A DNA stretch of 64,000 bases from the human T2T-CHM13v2.0 reference genome, Homo sapiens: the NCBI RefSeq assembly GCF_009914755.1, contig NC_060940.1. One strand, given 5' to 3'. The translations under genes were made by a program, and so were the position numbers. Under the pieces are notes generated by a model, which was not told where the DNA came from, ran no database searches, and saw only the letters and a list, made by a program, of their open reading frames with translations. Positions 1-14,830 of the stretch are shown here, in pieces (the stretch's first letter is position 1; each line of letters starts with the position of its first letter).

Positions 1-725
1 ACAGATGACTAACAACAAAAGGGAAAAGCTACTTCACAAGGAGATGTCCAGTTGATACTACCTCAACCAAAATTATTAAACATAGCATCAACAATCGTGG
101 GACAAACAGACTCAAACATCTGGTGTGAGGCGTTAAGTACACAACACTGCCTAATCTGAATTAGGCATTATTCCCTGTTTAATCTGGATCCACTCATGAG
201 AACACTGTTTAATCTATTCTTGCCAAAATGATCAAACTATTCTAGTCAGGAGAAGAAAAAAGCAATCAGATATATCTAGATTATGGGTCATTCTACAAAA
301 CAAAGAGCCTAGATTTTTCAAAATATTTCATGTATTGAAAGAAGTACTCCAAAGTAAAAGAACAGAGAGACATGATAACCAAAGGCGAGGTTAATCTTTG
401 ATTAATCTGTGGATTTAAAACAAAAATAAAGAACATTTTGGAGACAATTAGGTAAATCTGAATATGGGCTGTACATCAAATTACTGTATTACAGTTAGAT
501 GGTAGAACTGTGATTATGTAGAAATATGTCATTATTCACAAGAGATAAACGCTGAAGTGTTGGGGTAAAACATCTTGCTCTCTGCAACTTACTTTCAAAT
601 GATTCAGAGAAGAAAGTACTTATGGAAAGAGAAAGAAAATGCAAAGGTGGCAAATGCTAGCCACTGGTTGATCTGAATGAAGAATATGTAGATGTCCATT
701 GTCTTTGCTTTTAATTTTCTGTAGG
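1..725 (+). mobile_element. Ancient L1M (L1ME/L1MC-like) 3' end fragment
   Basis: Motifs typical of old L1M 3'UTRs: 'cattctacaaaa', 'gagacatgataaccaaa', 'ctgaagtgttggggtaaa', 'tctgcaacttactttcaaatgattcaga'. Boundaries approximate. Confidence 0.65.
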
Positions 726-894
726 CAAGGGAAAGATAGGAAGGAGGTAAGGTGCAGGCATTTCTTATCAATTCATACCTGTAAAAAAACAAAGTTAAAA
801 GAAAAGCAAAGGCTTAAAATTCATGTAAACACTCAGTGAGATTAATAGTAATTTTCTGTCAAATTTCTGAAAAGCCATTAAGACTGTAACATAC

Positions 895-1049
895 CTGACT
901 AGGATCACTTGCAGGTAACTTAAAGTATTTTTTCTGGAGGTTCCAGTCCTTCTACTTCATATGTTTTATTCCATCATTCCTGGAATTGCCAGTTGTTCAA
1001 AATAAACCTCTAAATGATCATTGTAGGACATTTCATCATCAATATCATC
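895..1049 (-). pseudogene. CEP192: CEP192-like pseudo-exon DDIDDEMSYNDHLEVYFEQLAIPGMME*...YEVEGLEPPEK/YFKLPASDPSQ
   Basis: Acceptor aag| at 1051-1050 and donor |gtatg at 894-893. In-frame TAA and indels follow IPGM. Confidence 0.88.
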
Positions 1050-1053
1050 CTTT

Positions 1054-1626
<573 letters not shown>

Positions 1627-2943
1627 TCTTTCTATATTTGACATGAGAAAACTATTATAACTTCAGTCAATTATAAGTCATTATAAAAAAAAAATTAACC
1701 TCTTTGAGAGGACAGGACAGAAAGATCCTGACATGTTACCAAAGCTTATGGTAGGATAAATGTGCCATCACAAATGAATGGGAAGAGAGCAGGCCCTTCA
1801 GAAAATGGTGTGGCAAATGGTTACCTCTATCAAAAAAGTACAGATGAGCCTATCCTAAGAGAAGTAAAAGGAATAAAGGGAGGAAGGGAGGAGGGGGTGG
1901 GGGGAGAGAGAGAGAGAGAGACTGCAGAAGGTTTCAATGTTATAACACCCAGCTCAGCAAGGACAAGATAAAACAAGAGCTCTCAGTCATGGTCTAAGCT
2001 GGCAGTGCCTTTTTAAGAGGTTAATTTTGCAATTAGCATTAACAGTCTCAAAAACACTCATCACCTTTGACTTAGCCATTTCACCTACAATAATCTAGCA
2101 TACTAAAACACTCAAAGATTGGATACATTTAGGTCAATAATTCTTCATCCATTAATTACACAATCACAAAAAATTTAAAAACTCTATTGGCAGCAAAAGC
2201 TGTCCTCAATAAATGTGATACTATTTACAGTTTCTACTTATACCACTCAGCTGGCCTTTAAAGCCATGCATACTTTTAATGTAAGTAGCCCCAGCCTACT
2301 TCTCTGGGCTTATTTACCAATGCGGCCTCCCACAGATGCTGTAAACCTGACACAGAAAGTCCCTGGCTCTTCTCCAAACACTGCCCACATGCCTCACAGC
2401 AGCACCTTTGATGATACTGTTTCTGCTTCCTGACACGTCCTCCTTCTCCTACATCTAAGGCCTGGCACAGGCCCCATCTCTTTTCATAAAGCTTCAGCCA
2501 TACCTGCCTCAGAGGTAAATTTCTGACCCCCATGATTCCCAGGCTCATTTTGGTGCTGCTGGGTGTACATAACACAATCTGAAATGTGGTTCTGCATCTC
2601 TTCTTTGCACCTGGCTGAAGTTTCAGAGAGCAGAGTCTAAATAATTCATGGCTCCCTCAATTTCTAAACACAGTGCTGTATATTGAGTGGCACCTCTAGG
2701 TGACTACTTTGTACTCTAAATGTTAAATTGAGGGATGAGTGAAACCATATTAGGATTAATATACAGAAACAAATTTTTGAATTCCATCACTTAATAGAAG
2801 TGGCCATTTGAATGTTGGCATGTAGGAAGAAAAGAGGAGGACAAAGAATCCCCAAAAGTTGGCATCATAACTACTGCCACAAAAAAGGGGAATAAAGCAG
2901 AGTGGCAAGATAAAGACCAGGGAAACACAGGTTACTGCAGGAC

Positions 2944-3063
2944 AGAAGAATCTTCCAAGCTTGTCAGTAATGTAAATTTCTCATTTTCCAATAAACTAGT
3001 GCGGCATAGGTCACTGTTTAGAGTCTTGTCTTCAAAATGTTTTCCAGCATCAAGGACAACAAT
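2944..3063 (-). pseudogene. CEP192: CEP192-like exon IVVLDAGKHFEDKTLNSDLCRTSLLENEKFTLLTSLEDSS
   Basis: Good acceptor ttttgtttcttgtag|ATT, then 40 open codons and a weak donor |gtcctg. Confidence 0.9.
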
Positions 3064-3643
3064 CTACAAGAAACAAAATGGTGAGAAAAAGCAGCACACT
3101 CATGACTCTGAAGAGCACAGCATAAGGCTACAAAAAGGACCAAGCACCTTCTCAACCTGCAATGTGCTCAGTGTCTGAAATCATAAGTTAGGTGATGAAC
3201 GGCTGGTAGTTTCACGTGAATTAATAACTTTCCTTCTTGCCCCCATGTTATCTCCCTCATCTGACCCACCCAATAAAACATCCTTAAAAGGCTCCTCTCA
3301 AATTCCTTGCAAACATTAGGCTCCTCTCAAATTGCTTGCACATGCTTGGAGAAGCTTGCAGTACAGTTAGTGCACTAATACACAACTGAACTTGAGCAAC
3401 ACAAGGCTTACAAGACAGCAAAGACAACAGCCAAGCTGGGCCCAGCAGCCATCACCTGAAGAACTCTTCACTCATTACGTTGGAGCAAATGATTTCTCTG
3501 GAACCAGGAACCACAGAACCCTGAAGGACAAACAGCTGGTGGCTAAGGACTCAAGGCCTGGAGTGAAAATGTAACATTTCCCTCCAAGTGCTTATTTCTG
3601 CTATAAACTGGTTTAGTTCTGCAATGAACAACTAGATTTCTAA

Positions 3644-3964
<321 letters not shown>

Positions 3965-4248
3965 ATTAACACTTATATATGTAAAATACATACAGAATAT
4001 AAACCACTACAAAACATAAATACAGTCCATCTTGATGTAACTTACCGTACTATGGATTTGTTTTAAAAATGAGGTAAAAGTCATTAAGAAAATGAAAGCA
4101 TGAAAGAAGTCTATTAAAATTACAAAAACTCAAAACTGAGTAAACAAAACTTCAGAAGGAATGAAAACAATTGGAAAATAACTTCAGGAAAAATGTAAAA
4201 TAGAAACAACACAAGAACAATTTGTGCCCTCTAAAAAACAGAGGTTAA

Positions 4249-4575
<327 letters not shown>

Positions 4576-5184
4576 TAAGCAAAGATTATAAAAGTTTTTG
4601 GAGTAACACAGTTCCCAAAATGATCACGATCCACATCAATCTGAGCCATGTTGACATCCCCACATCAAGCCCTTCCTGGTGTTCGAGGAATTTGCAACAT
4701 AGACAGAGGTGCAAGGGTCACTGGGGAGGCACAGAGGTGGAGGGAGGAGGGGCTCCCTAGGGTGGTGCAGGTCTCAGAGAGGTCCTTGGGCACTGGAAGG
4801 TGACCTTGGGCCCCTGAGCTCCTGACAGTCAGGTCTACTCAGATGTCAAGGCACTGAGCCCTGTGTGCTGCTCTCTGCTGAGGTGTTATCTGTCCACAGA
4901 GAGTGTCTGTAAGTGTCATGGAGGAAGAACTGGACCTGGGCGCTCACATGGGCACCTTCAGGGGGCTGGTTCCCTGGAGAGCAAAACAGACAGAGAGAAA
5001 TGGGGGAATTTCGAGGATTCCAGGATCAACAAGCAGAGTCCCATGCCCCTGGGCCCTAAGAGGAGCAGGAGCGCTCATAACACAGGGTGGGGGTGGTGAC
5101 TCTGCCTTGCCACCCAGATCCTCTGTGCCATCCAGACAGAAGAGCTGCACGTTGAATATGCATAGCTTCCTGGAGCACGTCATT

Positions 5185-5190
5185 TTTATT
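5185..5190 (-). promoter_or_regulatory. Candidate polyadenylation signal (AATAAA) of the FAM153-like gene
   Basis: tttatt on the + strand, downstream of the last coding exon. A candidate terminal-exon acceptor ccatttttcaag| lies at 5567-5566. Confidence 0.45.
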
Positions 5191-5583
5191 GCCTAATAAG
5201 ACCTCGTCTTCCTAGCATTGCCACCGGACCTGTCTTTGCATTGTAATTTTTAAAATTATGCTTTGGTAAGACATAAATTTCTCATGTTCATATATTCTAG
5301 CATAAAAGGGTTACAGAAGACATACATTTGAAAGAGTGAAAAGCAGTGTATATGTACACACACAAACATTCATATGTGTACCTTACTTCAAGATTGAAAA
5401 ATACATTTAAAAAACAGAGGCTCCCTAAATCATGCCCTCAACCCCTCCCAGGTGAGCATCATCCTGAAATGTCTTCAGGGGTTTGTTTGGTTGGCATTTG
5501 GCACAGATACAGAACAACTGATGCCCAAGTCAGTGCTCTCTATGTACAGAAGCCTCCAACCTCATCTTGAAAAATGGGACCAT

Positions 5584-5675
5584 GAGGCCATCCCAGACCC
5601 CCACAGAGGCTGAAGGACCCCTGGGATTGGAGGCCCCCAGTCCCCCACAGAAGCTGAAGGACCCCTGGGGCTGGG
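5584..5675. repeat. ~45-bp tandem duplication (2 copies)
   Basis: 'gaggcc..cccag(a/t)cccccacaga(g/a)gctgaaggacccctggg' occurs twice. Confidence 0.8.
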
Positions 5676-6142
5676 CACATTTCAGTGCTTCTTAGATCCT
5701 GCCATGTCCTCTGCTTGATGCCAGGACCGACTGAGTGCCCACTGGCCTGCAATACTGGGCCGAGTGGGCTGCTTGCTTGTGTGACAAGGAACTGGGGATG
5801 CCCCCATCCCTCTCACACCTTTCCCAGGAGGCCTGAACTGGGGGGGATTCATGTCAACCCTAGTGTCTCCTCAGGATGAACTAGTGATGCTCCCTGTTGG
5901 CCTCAAGAGGCTGGGAGGACAGAGCTAGGTTCCCCGAAATGAGATGGTGGTGAGATGAAGTGTCACTGCAGACGAATAACAGAGTGCACAGCCCTTGGAA
6001 TTCAGCACATGGTGGTCTGACCAGCACCTCAGTGTCTCCCTCACTACGCAGCCTGTGGAGGGCTCAGCCCAGCAGGCTCAGGGGCTGCTATGGAGTGGGT
6101 GTCTGTTTCCTGGAGGATGTTCTCAGGGCATCCTTCACTTAC

Positions 6143-6215
6143 CTTCAGAGGTCTCTAAAATAAACTAAAAATGTCCCAACAGTTCAGGACATTCTTCCTG
6201 GGCTTCCTGGTTTTC
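6143..6215 (-). CDS. FAM153: FAM153-like exon 11: KTRKPRKNVLNCWDIFSLF* (TAG 6157-6155) plus 12 nt of UTR
   Basis: cccatcag|G AAA...; donor AAG|gtaagt at 6142-6141. Confidence 0.85.
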
Positions 6216-6308
6216 CTGATGGGACAACAAGAATGTGAGTGTAGCCATGAAGAACATGGGCACGTCTGTGCTTCCCTCATCATTCTGCCTGCTTCCACTT
6301 CCCCTCAC

Positions 6309-6376
6309 ACTTCCGCTTCCACTTTTGTCTTTTCTGTTGCTTCTTCTGCAGGTGCAGAGGAAGGACTTGCTGACAT
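6309..6376 (-). CDS. FAM153: FAM153-like exon 10 (68 nt): MSASPSSAPAEEATEKTKVEAE(V)
   Basis: ctctttctcacag|...GT|gtgagg. Confidence 0.88.
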
Positions 6377-6793
6377 CTGTGAGAAAGAGAACAATTGTGC
6401 ATGTCCAGAGACGCCAGTGCAAGAAAAGTTCTATCTGTTAAGGGGGTGCCCAGAGCAGACCAGATGTTACTGGGGGTCCCTCCAGCAGGGTGGGGTCCAG
6501 CTCTTCTGACCCCAGCCCAGTCCCCTCCCTGGACCCTGAAGTGTTGTTCAGCAAGATTGAAAGCTGCAACCTGGGGGCCAGTGAACAGGGCAATGCCAAG
6601 GCAGTGGGCAGGAGGGCTGGAGAGGATTTTATTGACACTGAAGACCCAAGAACCTCAACTGTGGGATGAGACCAGGTTCTTCAGGAGAACAATCAGAAGA
6701 GAGGGAAAGAGGAAAAGGACCAGAGCTAAAAAAGGAGCTCATGAGTCAGAAAGAGGATAAAAGAGAGAGAGCATATAAGAGGAGATCAATTAC

Positions 6794-6831
6794 CTGCTGG
6801 TGGCCGCCTGTAATGGTGGAGTCTTCCAATT
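6794..6831 (-). CDS. FAM153: FAM153-like exon 9 (38 nt): (E)LEDSTITGGHQQ
   Basis: cttcacag|...CAG|gtaatt. Confidence 0.85.
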
Positions 6832-9800
6832 CTGTGAAGCAAGCATCAGAGTGTCTGGAGGAGCAGTGGTGATGGGGTGGCCATAAGAAGGAAAGGGGAG
6901 AGTTAGAGTCGAGACAACCACTCAGACCCTGCTGTTCCAGGGCTGTGGAGCCAACCCCAGAGCCTCTGATGTGCTCATTTCTGGAGCCTTCTCCACAGCC
7001 TGTATCATTTCTTCTGTGCTATAAGGGAGGGATCTCTGACTTCCCACATACTTGCCCAGCCCTCACATACCATCACTGAGCCAAGGGAGGGTAAGCCGCA
7101 TCATTCTGTTCCTCCAAGAGGCAGCCACCCTCTTCACAACCTTGTGCATGACATGGAATTCCCTCCCTCCTCGTCCTGTAGGGCCTGCTTCTGTTCCCTC
7201 ATGAATCCCATTTCCTTTCTCCATGTGGACCTCCACCAGTCCTACTGTTCTCCAAAAGAAGAATATCAGAAAGAAGGTCAAGGCTTCACTTCCAGGGCCT
7301 ACAATCAACCGACGGATCTCACCCTGGGTCGGCAGCACCTCCCACAGGCTTGGGGTTGTGTTGGGGCCTGTGGGAGGCAATGATGGCTGATGTCACAGAT
7401 ACAGTGACTGTTCTATGCCTGGAATGACCTTAGAGACTTGGAAAATATTCAGCCCTCAAAACAATCCCATCAGCTTCTGAATATTTGGAAACAATGGAAC
7501 AGAATTCAGAGTAAAGCCCCTTGTCCCAGTTGCCTTAATCTGCAGGTGAGGCCAGCAGTTTTCAGCACAGAAATGAGGGGGCCCTCCCAGGGTTTGCCTG
7601 AGCTGTGGGAAGACTAAGAGGGAGGGCACCTGGCAGACCTGACACAGAGAACAAGCTGGGCCTGACAGGAGTATGGGGAGCAGGACAAGGCTGCTGGGCC
7701 AGAGAGGAGGGTGTGACAAGATAAATGACCCCGTGCCAGCTGCCCAGAGGCTCTGCCCTGGGCCCAGTGGATTCCAGGGACCAGGCTACACAGACGGTGA
7801 GAGCCACTGCCTACAGCAACACAGCAGCCCCTCCACATATATCCCCTAGGATTCCTGCCAGCCACAGAGGGCCTTGAGCTACAGCTGGACTCGGGCCTCT
7901 CCAACGAAAACCAATTTAGGTTTCATTCAAAGCCCAAGGATTTGGGATTGGATGGGACTGGGTGAGGAGTGGAGGCCAAAAATGTGCTCAATCATGTGTT
8001 CGGCCCTCAGGACTCCAGGATGCTGGGGCACACGTATGAATTCCAGAGGAATGATTCCCTATGTCATCCAACCCAGGGAGCACCCTTAGAGCAGGAGCAG
8101 ATGGTGAGGACAGGACAGGAAGGTGCTGTTGCAGGTCCTGAGAGTGTAGAGAAAGACAGTGGGCTCCTTTCATCTCCTGGCACATGTATGAAGGACTTTA
8201 CCTTCAGGATTACGCAGCACCTGGAAGGGGCTCTGTCCCACCCCACACTCAACTTTACACCTGCATACTCATCTTGTGATCTCTATTCACAAAAAAATGC
8301 TACCTCATCAAAACCCAGGGCTCTGGTGCTTGCTGTGGCAAAGGCAGAAATGATCTGGTCCTCTGCAAAATGTAATCTTTAAACACCAGAGCAAGAAATG
8401 ATGGTGACAAACACAACTCACACAAAGCCCATAAGAACACAACTCTTACAACTTTGTCATTAAGATACAAAAAAAAAAAAAAAAAAAAAAAACCCAAGTC
8501 AGACTTCTATACCTGTTTCCTTTCATATTTAGTCACTTCATTGATCCCATCCTAGGCTCCAAAACAAGTGTAACCCAATCTCCAAGAACGCTCTCTCACT
8601 GATCAACCCTGGGGTGTTGGTCCCTACCTGACCAGTCTATTTCCTCCTGGATGGATCCAGAGGTAGTGCCCATGAGCCCATGTACAGAGACACAAACATC
8701 AACATGACTGCTTTGTCCACTATGATTCTCCCTGGGCTCTGTGAACTCAGGGGACTTTATGAAGGCACTGCTCACAGCTGTGCACCTTCAGGTGAGACAG
8801 AGGACCTGAAATAATCCCTTTCAACTGTTCACCGACACTGGCTCATAGCATCTCTTACCTCCAATCTGAGAACCTGAGATTAAGCCTTGATGCACATGCA
8901 CTGAGTTAGGTGGGTGCACTGAACAGAACCTGGGCCAGACTCCCAGCAGCTGCTTCCCAGGTGATTCTGGGAGAATGGAGATGGTCTCTTAAGAGTAGAC
9001 ATTTGGCAACTGGGAACTTCTAGCATGGCTCTTGTGAGGAGGTTTTGAATTTTTTCATTTATTTAAATATGAATGGGCACATATGCCACTCAGGACCACA
9101 CTGGAATGCACAGGTCTAAACCCAAAGATGAGGAAGATGTGACTCTCCCCCCTGGTGATTCCTGGCAGAGTGGTTTGCTGCTCTGATCTGATCATTTATG
9201 GATAGGTGCTTCAGGGGCACAGGAACAAGCTCCAGGCCCCCTGTGAAGTGCAGGGATGCCACAACAAAAATAAAAAAGCCTGGTCCAGCAAAGGAGGGCT
9301 TGTAAACAGAAAAAGAGCATCTTCTGCAAGGAGAAAAGGTGAACCAATGTAGCCAGAGTAGAGATGAGGGGGACTCTTCATTGACTTCAGGACCCCACCC
9401 TATTCTCCTGTGACCTTGGATCAGAATCCATTCAGGTTTCTAGATTACCATGAGAAAAAACAGATTGAAGGAGATGAGCAGGAAGCCTTTTCACACTGGC
9501 GCTGGATCTCAGCAAAGGGGTTGGAAGCATTGGAACATTACTGGGGCCCAAGATGGGCTGCCAAGGGCTGAGCTCTGGGATGACAAGGAATGAGGAGGAC
9601 ATAGTCCTTGCCCTCCCATTGACGAGCCATGGCCAGGATTCATCAACACATAAGTAAAACAAAACAGAATTTGAGACTAATAATTCCAAGACTATCTCAG
9701 AGAAACAGGAAAAGTCTTGTCTTATAGGTCACATGGGAGAGTTGCAAGGACCACCTGGACTCTGGAGCAGCCCCTCTCCCTTGGCTGAGTTCACCTTGCA

Positions 9801-11367
9801 CTGAAGCAGGATCTCTTCTCACCTCTCTTGCATCTAGTGTGGGGCAGCTTTCCTGCCTGAAAGCTGACACTCCTTCCAGTCACACAGGGTTCTGGGCCAA
9901 ATCACACTTGGCCAACAGCAACTACACAAGGACCAGCTGTCAGGTGACTCCCAGAAGCAGGTGAAAAATAAGAGCTGATCTCTGTCCCAGCCAGAGACCA
10001 GGCCTGGGAAATACTTTGTATCTGGCTTGACCCTGAAATCCATCCCTGCTGATCATGTCCTCTCTGGGCAAAATTGGATGTTTCAAGAACTCACTTGTGT
10101 TCTCTGCCTCTCATTAATTTCTGGTGGTGCCATTGCCATCAACATACAGGAAATAGAGAAGACAAGAAACAAGAAAGTAGCTTCTCTCTTCAGGCTCTTA
10201 GGAAGACAGGCCAACAGTGCTAAAACCAGCTATGAAGTTGGAGCTTGACCCATTCTCCGTCAGTTGTAATATGAACATCCCGGCCATGCCCAGGTGATGA
10301 TGCAGAACTGTCTCTGCTGATGTTGCACCTTGGCTTCCCCCTGTGGCTTTGTTGCCCTCATGCCTTCCTTCTGCTCTTCCAAATCGTGTTCCTTTTCAGG
10401 CCCAGGCCAAGGCTGTAGCCTACTGTCTCTCTCATAGAACCCACTGGACAGCACTCTGTGAATTCTTAGAGCCTCAATGCTGGTAACGCTGATTTGTGCC
10501 TTTAATCACACACAGCAGAGGGCCCCAAATACCACAAAAAAAAAACTATATTTTAGAGATTAAAGATGACTGGAGGAAATGGGCTATGAGGAGATAGTTT
10601 ATGAGGTTAACGAGGGGCATTTTAAAATCACACCAGCCTCATTGTTTTAAAATATAGGATAAGTATTGACACCTACAGAGCAATCAAATTCAATTCATAT
10701 ACAATATATTTCCACCAAACGCAAGCTCCCAAAAGAAACTCAATCCAGAATTTGGCTAATTTTATTTTCATATAACCTTCAGCCAACCACCTTGACTTGT
10801 TTTTTGCAAAGGCCTTCAGAAGCAAACAAAAACTTCTGTCAACAGTGGGCTCAATGGGAACATCATGGAGCCTCTGCTGCAAAACAGCCTCATTTGTCTT
10901 TCCCCACCTCATAATGCATGAGTCACCCTCTATCCTCCTAGGAAGGCAAGTGCTTGCCCTGCCAGTAACACCCTAGGGCAAGCCTTTTGGTTATCTTTTC
11001 ATGTTGCTGTGTTTCCTGAGCATAGAAGACGGAAACCAGAACTAGGCTGCATGATAGAGGCTGAGCCTGTACATGACCTTGACATTACGTATTTTGGACA
11101 CTCACCACATTAATTCAAAAAGACACGCAGCAACTCAATGCGCACAACCTCACCTAACTTCAGAGACCACAGTTGTTCCCAGGGACTGCAGAATGTGACC
11201 ATCATGCTTTATCTGGAACAACAATTTCTCCCATCACAGCCTATGCCCTCATTCATGAGGGGAAGCTCCACTCAGGCTGCCTGTCTACAGGAAGGCCAGA
11301 GAGACAGTGGCACATTGCTCATCATCTGGATTACTCATCAGTATGAGAGGGGTTCCCCAATACATAC

Positions 11368-11392
11368 CCTTTTGTATAACTCCTGAGGATTT
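11368..11392 (-). CDS. FAM153: FAM153-like exon 8 (25 nt): KSSGVIQK
   Basis: ttacag|...AAGG|gtatgt. Positionally equivalent to exons 4 and 6 in the tandem units. Confidence 0.72.
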
Positions 11393-11855
11393 CTGTAATG
11401 ACAGAAAATAAATTGCTATGAGCATCAGACCATGCTGTGTCCTGTGTGCACAAAACTTTGTTCACTTAGTGACATTAGAAAACAAGACGGAAACCAGTGT
11501 TGAAAGGAACCCAAAAGAAGAACAGAGCAAATCGACTCATATTAAAGACACAAATTTTTCTCGGAGGATGTTTCCTCTCAAGTCCGTGTTGGTTGGCAAG
11601 TAAGTGATTTTGCTCCAAAGAGAAAACAAAATTGGTAAGGCTCACTGCCGCACAATGTGTGACTGATTCTTTCATTTTCTCCCACTGTCTTAAATCAAGC
11701 CTCGGGGGGACAGACTCTCACTTACAATTCTCCCCAAGGACATTGCGTAACTAATCTAAGATATATATTGCCAGATTCTCATATCTTAATTTAATCCAAA
11801 TAAGATAAAGCTAAGAAAGCAACAGTTTTTCTCAGACAAATCCAGGTGGCCTGAC

Positions 11856-11926
11856 CTTCACATCCTCTGGGTCCTCCTCCTCTCCGTTGTAACTGGACAG
11901 CTCCTGTAGTAGATCCTTCATCAGAA
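11856..11926 (-). CDS. FAM153: FAM153-like exon 7 (71 nt): (I)LMKDLLQELSSYNGEEEDPEDVK
   Basis: tcctcctag|...AAG|gtcagg. Confidence 0.85.
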
Positions 11927-13577
11927 CTAGGAGGATACAGAGTGACCATCAGCACCTTGCTGGTGGTGCTCATGAACAATTCAGTAACATTGCTTGAGGT
12001 GGGTGTGGGAGGAGGATAGCAGGCACAGGAGAGATGCAGGGAAGAAAGGGAATCAGGGCCCTTGGCTTTCTAGCTCCAGACCAACTCGTAAACATGAAAT
12101 AGCCAATCTCAAACAGGGCCCTTCCTGCAGTGCCGGCTGTGTGTCCCTGGCAGCCTCTTAGGGCTCCTCCATCCTAATCTGACCTGAGCTAACTTGCCCT
12201 CTTATTGATCCCTACCAAACTCATTTCCTCCTCACAATCAATCCACAGGTACTGCTGCTCTGTATGTCATCACTCTAGAAGATTTTGCACTGAATAAGAA
12301 GCAACTTTTCTTAAAATAGGAGATTTAGTTATTGCCAAAAGATTTCATTAAAAAATTTTTTGTTATAAGGCAATTAAACCAAGATTTGAAAATACTCAAT
12401 TATCCTACCATTTAAAGATGACTCCAACTTAGCACATGACATTTGTTCTTCCACTCTTCCTTTTCAACACAATGTGTGTGCACCATGGAGTTCACTGCTC
12501 CTCATGCTTACAGTGACTCCAGCACAGAGACAGTCTGTCATAGGGAGCAGCGAGGGGGACGGGGTGCAGACACTGACCGTCTCCAGCCGAGCTGTGTGGG
12601 AGATTCCAGCAGGGAAAATGGGTCCCAGGCTAACACCCAAGTTGATCCTGGAGATTTTATTGGATGCTATGTCTTTGGATAGGGTTCCACTGAATTTCTA
12701 AGACTTGTGGTGATTATCTCACTAAATACAACAGAATATGCCATTGATTATTGTCTGCTTTTGAACAAGAGCTGAGGAATGACTTCACCACTGTAGACCA
12801 AAAGCCTGAGGACTTTGTGTGTTTTACATTAGTGATCACACTAAATCCCACTGGGCAATGTACCAACTCAAACAAACCCTGGGTTAGCTGACCGTTGAGA
12901 TCATCCAATAATGATAGTGTTTGGGATCTGAATAGATTTTCATTCTTCCACATGCACACAGAAGTGCTGGAATAACTTGGCCTAGCAAGAAATTATACTA
13001 GGGCTTTGTGACAAATTCAGTGTAGTAGTCCATGACATTAACCTTCCACTCATTCCCGAGGTCACACGTACCTCTTCCATTTAAAGGACCAAGAGCTTGG
13101 GAAATTCGACTCTGCACCATGTCCATCTGAGGACTGGGGATATTAAACTTATCTTCAGGTACAGCTGTGGTGGAGGATGAATGGGTTGATCCATGCAAAC
13201 TGTGCCGTTGTGATGGAATTTTTCTTGCACATTGATCCTCGTGTTGTGCTTTGAACATGGGAGTATGTTTTCTGGGGAAATGCACACACACTCCCAAAGA
13301 CATCCACAATCATTCCATATAGACTCTCTCCTCTGTCCCTCCCAACCCTGATGTACCACCCCACCTTACGTGACACTGTTGCTTCCAGGGATGACAGTAC
13401 CGTGGTTAGAGTTGTTTACTGGACTCTCAGTATTTTTTTAAACCAAACTTCACAAATCTCATTTCTGGCAGAAAGCTCAAGCCAGAGTGGCTCTTGAGCA
13501 AAAGCAGGCAAAGCAGTGCCATCTTTGCAACACTAACATTTTGAACCTAAAAAAAGAGATGATCCCAGAATACTTAC

Positions 13578-13608
13578 TCTTTGCCAGTGTGGCTGGGTCC
13601 CCGCTCAT
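13578..13608 (-). CDS. FAM153: FAM153-like exon 6 (31 nt): MSGDPATLAK
   Basis: ttttctgtag|...|gtaagt. Confidence 0.82.
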
Positions 13609-14046
13609 CTACAGAAAAATAACAAAACACTATGAGGGTCAGACCAGGCTGTGTCCTTTGTGCACAAGTCTTTTCTTCACTTGTTGGTGTTAAAAAAATA
13701 TGGTAAATAGTGATTGAGACAATGGCCCTGATATCTAGAAGACATTCCTGGAAAGGCATAAGAGTTTTGTACTGAATTTTCAATTGTTTTTGTTAGACAA
13801 TTCCAAATGCTTCTCATAAGAAGGCATTTATCTTGAGGAAAATGCCTGCTGACATACGGTCTGTAAATGTGGATGCCACCTGAAACAATTTTTTAGTTGA
13901 TAATTAAGTCTGACATTTGCCCACCAAGAAATTCTATCAGTCACCTATAGTGTACATGGTAAGATGTGTACATCTTAATTCAATTGTAACAGAGAGAAAC
14001 CGAGAGAAATAAAATTTCCATTTCAGAGGAAAAAACACGACTTTGC

Positions 14047-14117
14047 CATGTGAACATTTGTGGCTTCCTCAGAGGATGTTTGCCCTGGCATATCCTCCTC
14101 CCAGTCTTCCAGGTCAC
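14047..14117 (-). CDS. FAM153: FAM153-like exon 5 (71 nt): (S)DLEDWEEDMPGQTSSEEATNVHM
   Basis: tttcccag|...ATG|gcaaag. The donor is a non-canonical GC. Confidence 0.8.
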
Positions 14118-14538
14118 CTGGGAAACAGAGTCACTATAAGCACATGAGCTCCACGGAGTGAATCCCTCAGGTGATCTTGGAGCTGTGGACACGGGGCTGG
14201 CGTGTGTGGATAGATGTGTGGAAAGGTGTGTCCACAGCACAGACTCAGCTGCTGCCAGTCCATCCTCCATGGTGCTGAGGGAAGGCAAATGGTGAAGGAA
14301 GGCATCAGGAAGGCCACAGAAGACAGAGCCTTGGTCCTGTAGCTAAGGCAACCTCTTTGACATTACATAACCCATCTCAAACAGGGCACACCACACAGGG
14401 TTTCCCTGTAGCATCTCATGGCTCCTCCTTCCTAATCTGACCTGAGATAACTTGCTCTTCCTTCTTGATCCCCTTGAGGTCATTTCCTCCCCAGGATCCA
14501 CGTGTCCTGCTGCTATGTTTTTCGTTTCTCCTAGAATA

Positions 14539-14830
14539 TTTTTTTTTTGAGATGGAGTTTTACTCTTCTTGCCCAGGCTGGAGTGTAATGGCGTGATCTT
14601 GGCTCACCGCAACCTCCACTTCCCGGATTCAAGCAATTCCCCTGCCTCAGCCTCCTGAGTAACTGGGATTACAGGCATGTGCCCCCACACCTAGCTAATT
14701 TTGTATTTTTAATAGAGACTGGGTTTCTCCATGTTGGTCAGGCTGGTCTTGAACTCCTGACCTCAGGTGATCTGCCCTCCTTGGCCTCCCAAAGTGCTGG
14801 GATTACAGGCGTGAGCCACCGTGCCTGGCC
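14539..14830 (-). mobile_element. Alu (AluSp-like)
   Basis: 'ctcaccgcaacc' and 'ggtttctccatgttggtcagg'. Present only in the middle tandem unit. Confidence 0.9.

Noticed and set aside
3290-3345. ~29-bp direct repeat (ggctcctctcaaatt.cttgca)
   Set aside because: Ordinary intronic slippage duplication with no further structure.
6165-6422. 85-aa minus-strand ORF overlapping FAM153-like exons 10-11
   Set aside because: It is in a different frame from the FAM153-homologous reading and runs through an intron.
10260-10454. ORF with charged HDLEEQKE stretch as a possible extra FAM153 exon
   Set aside because: No convincing acceptor, weak donor, and no match to the recalled family sequence.
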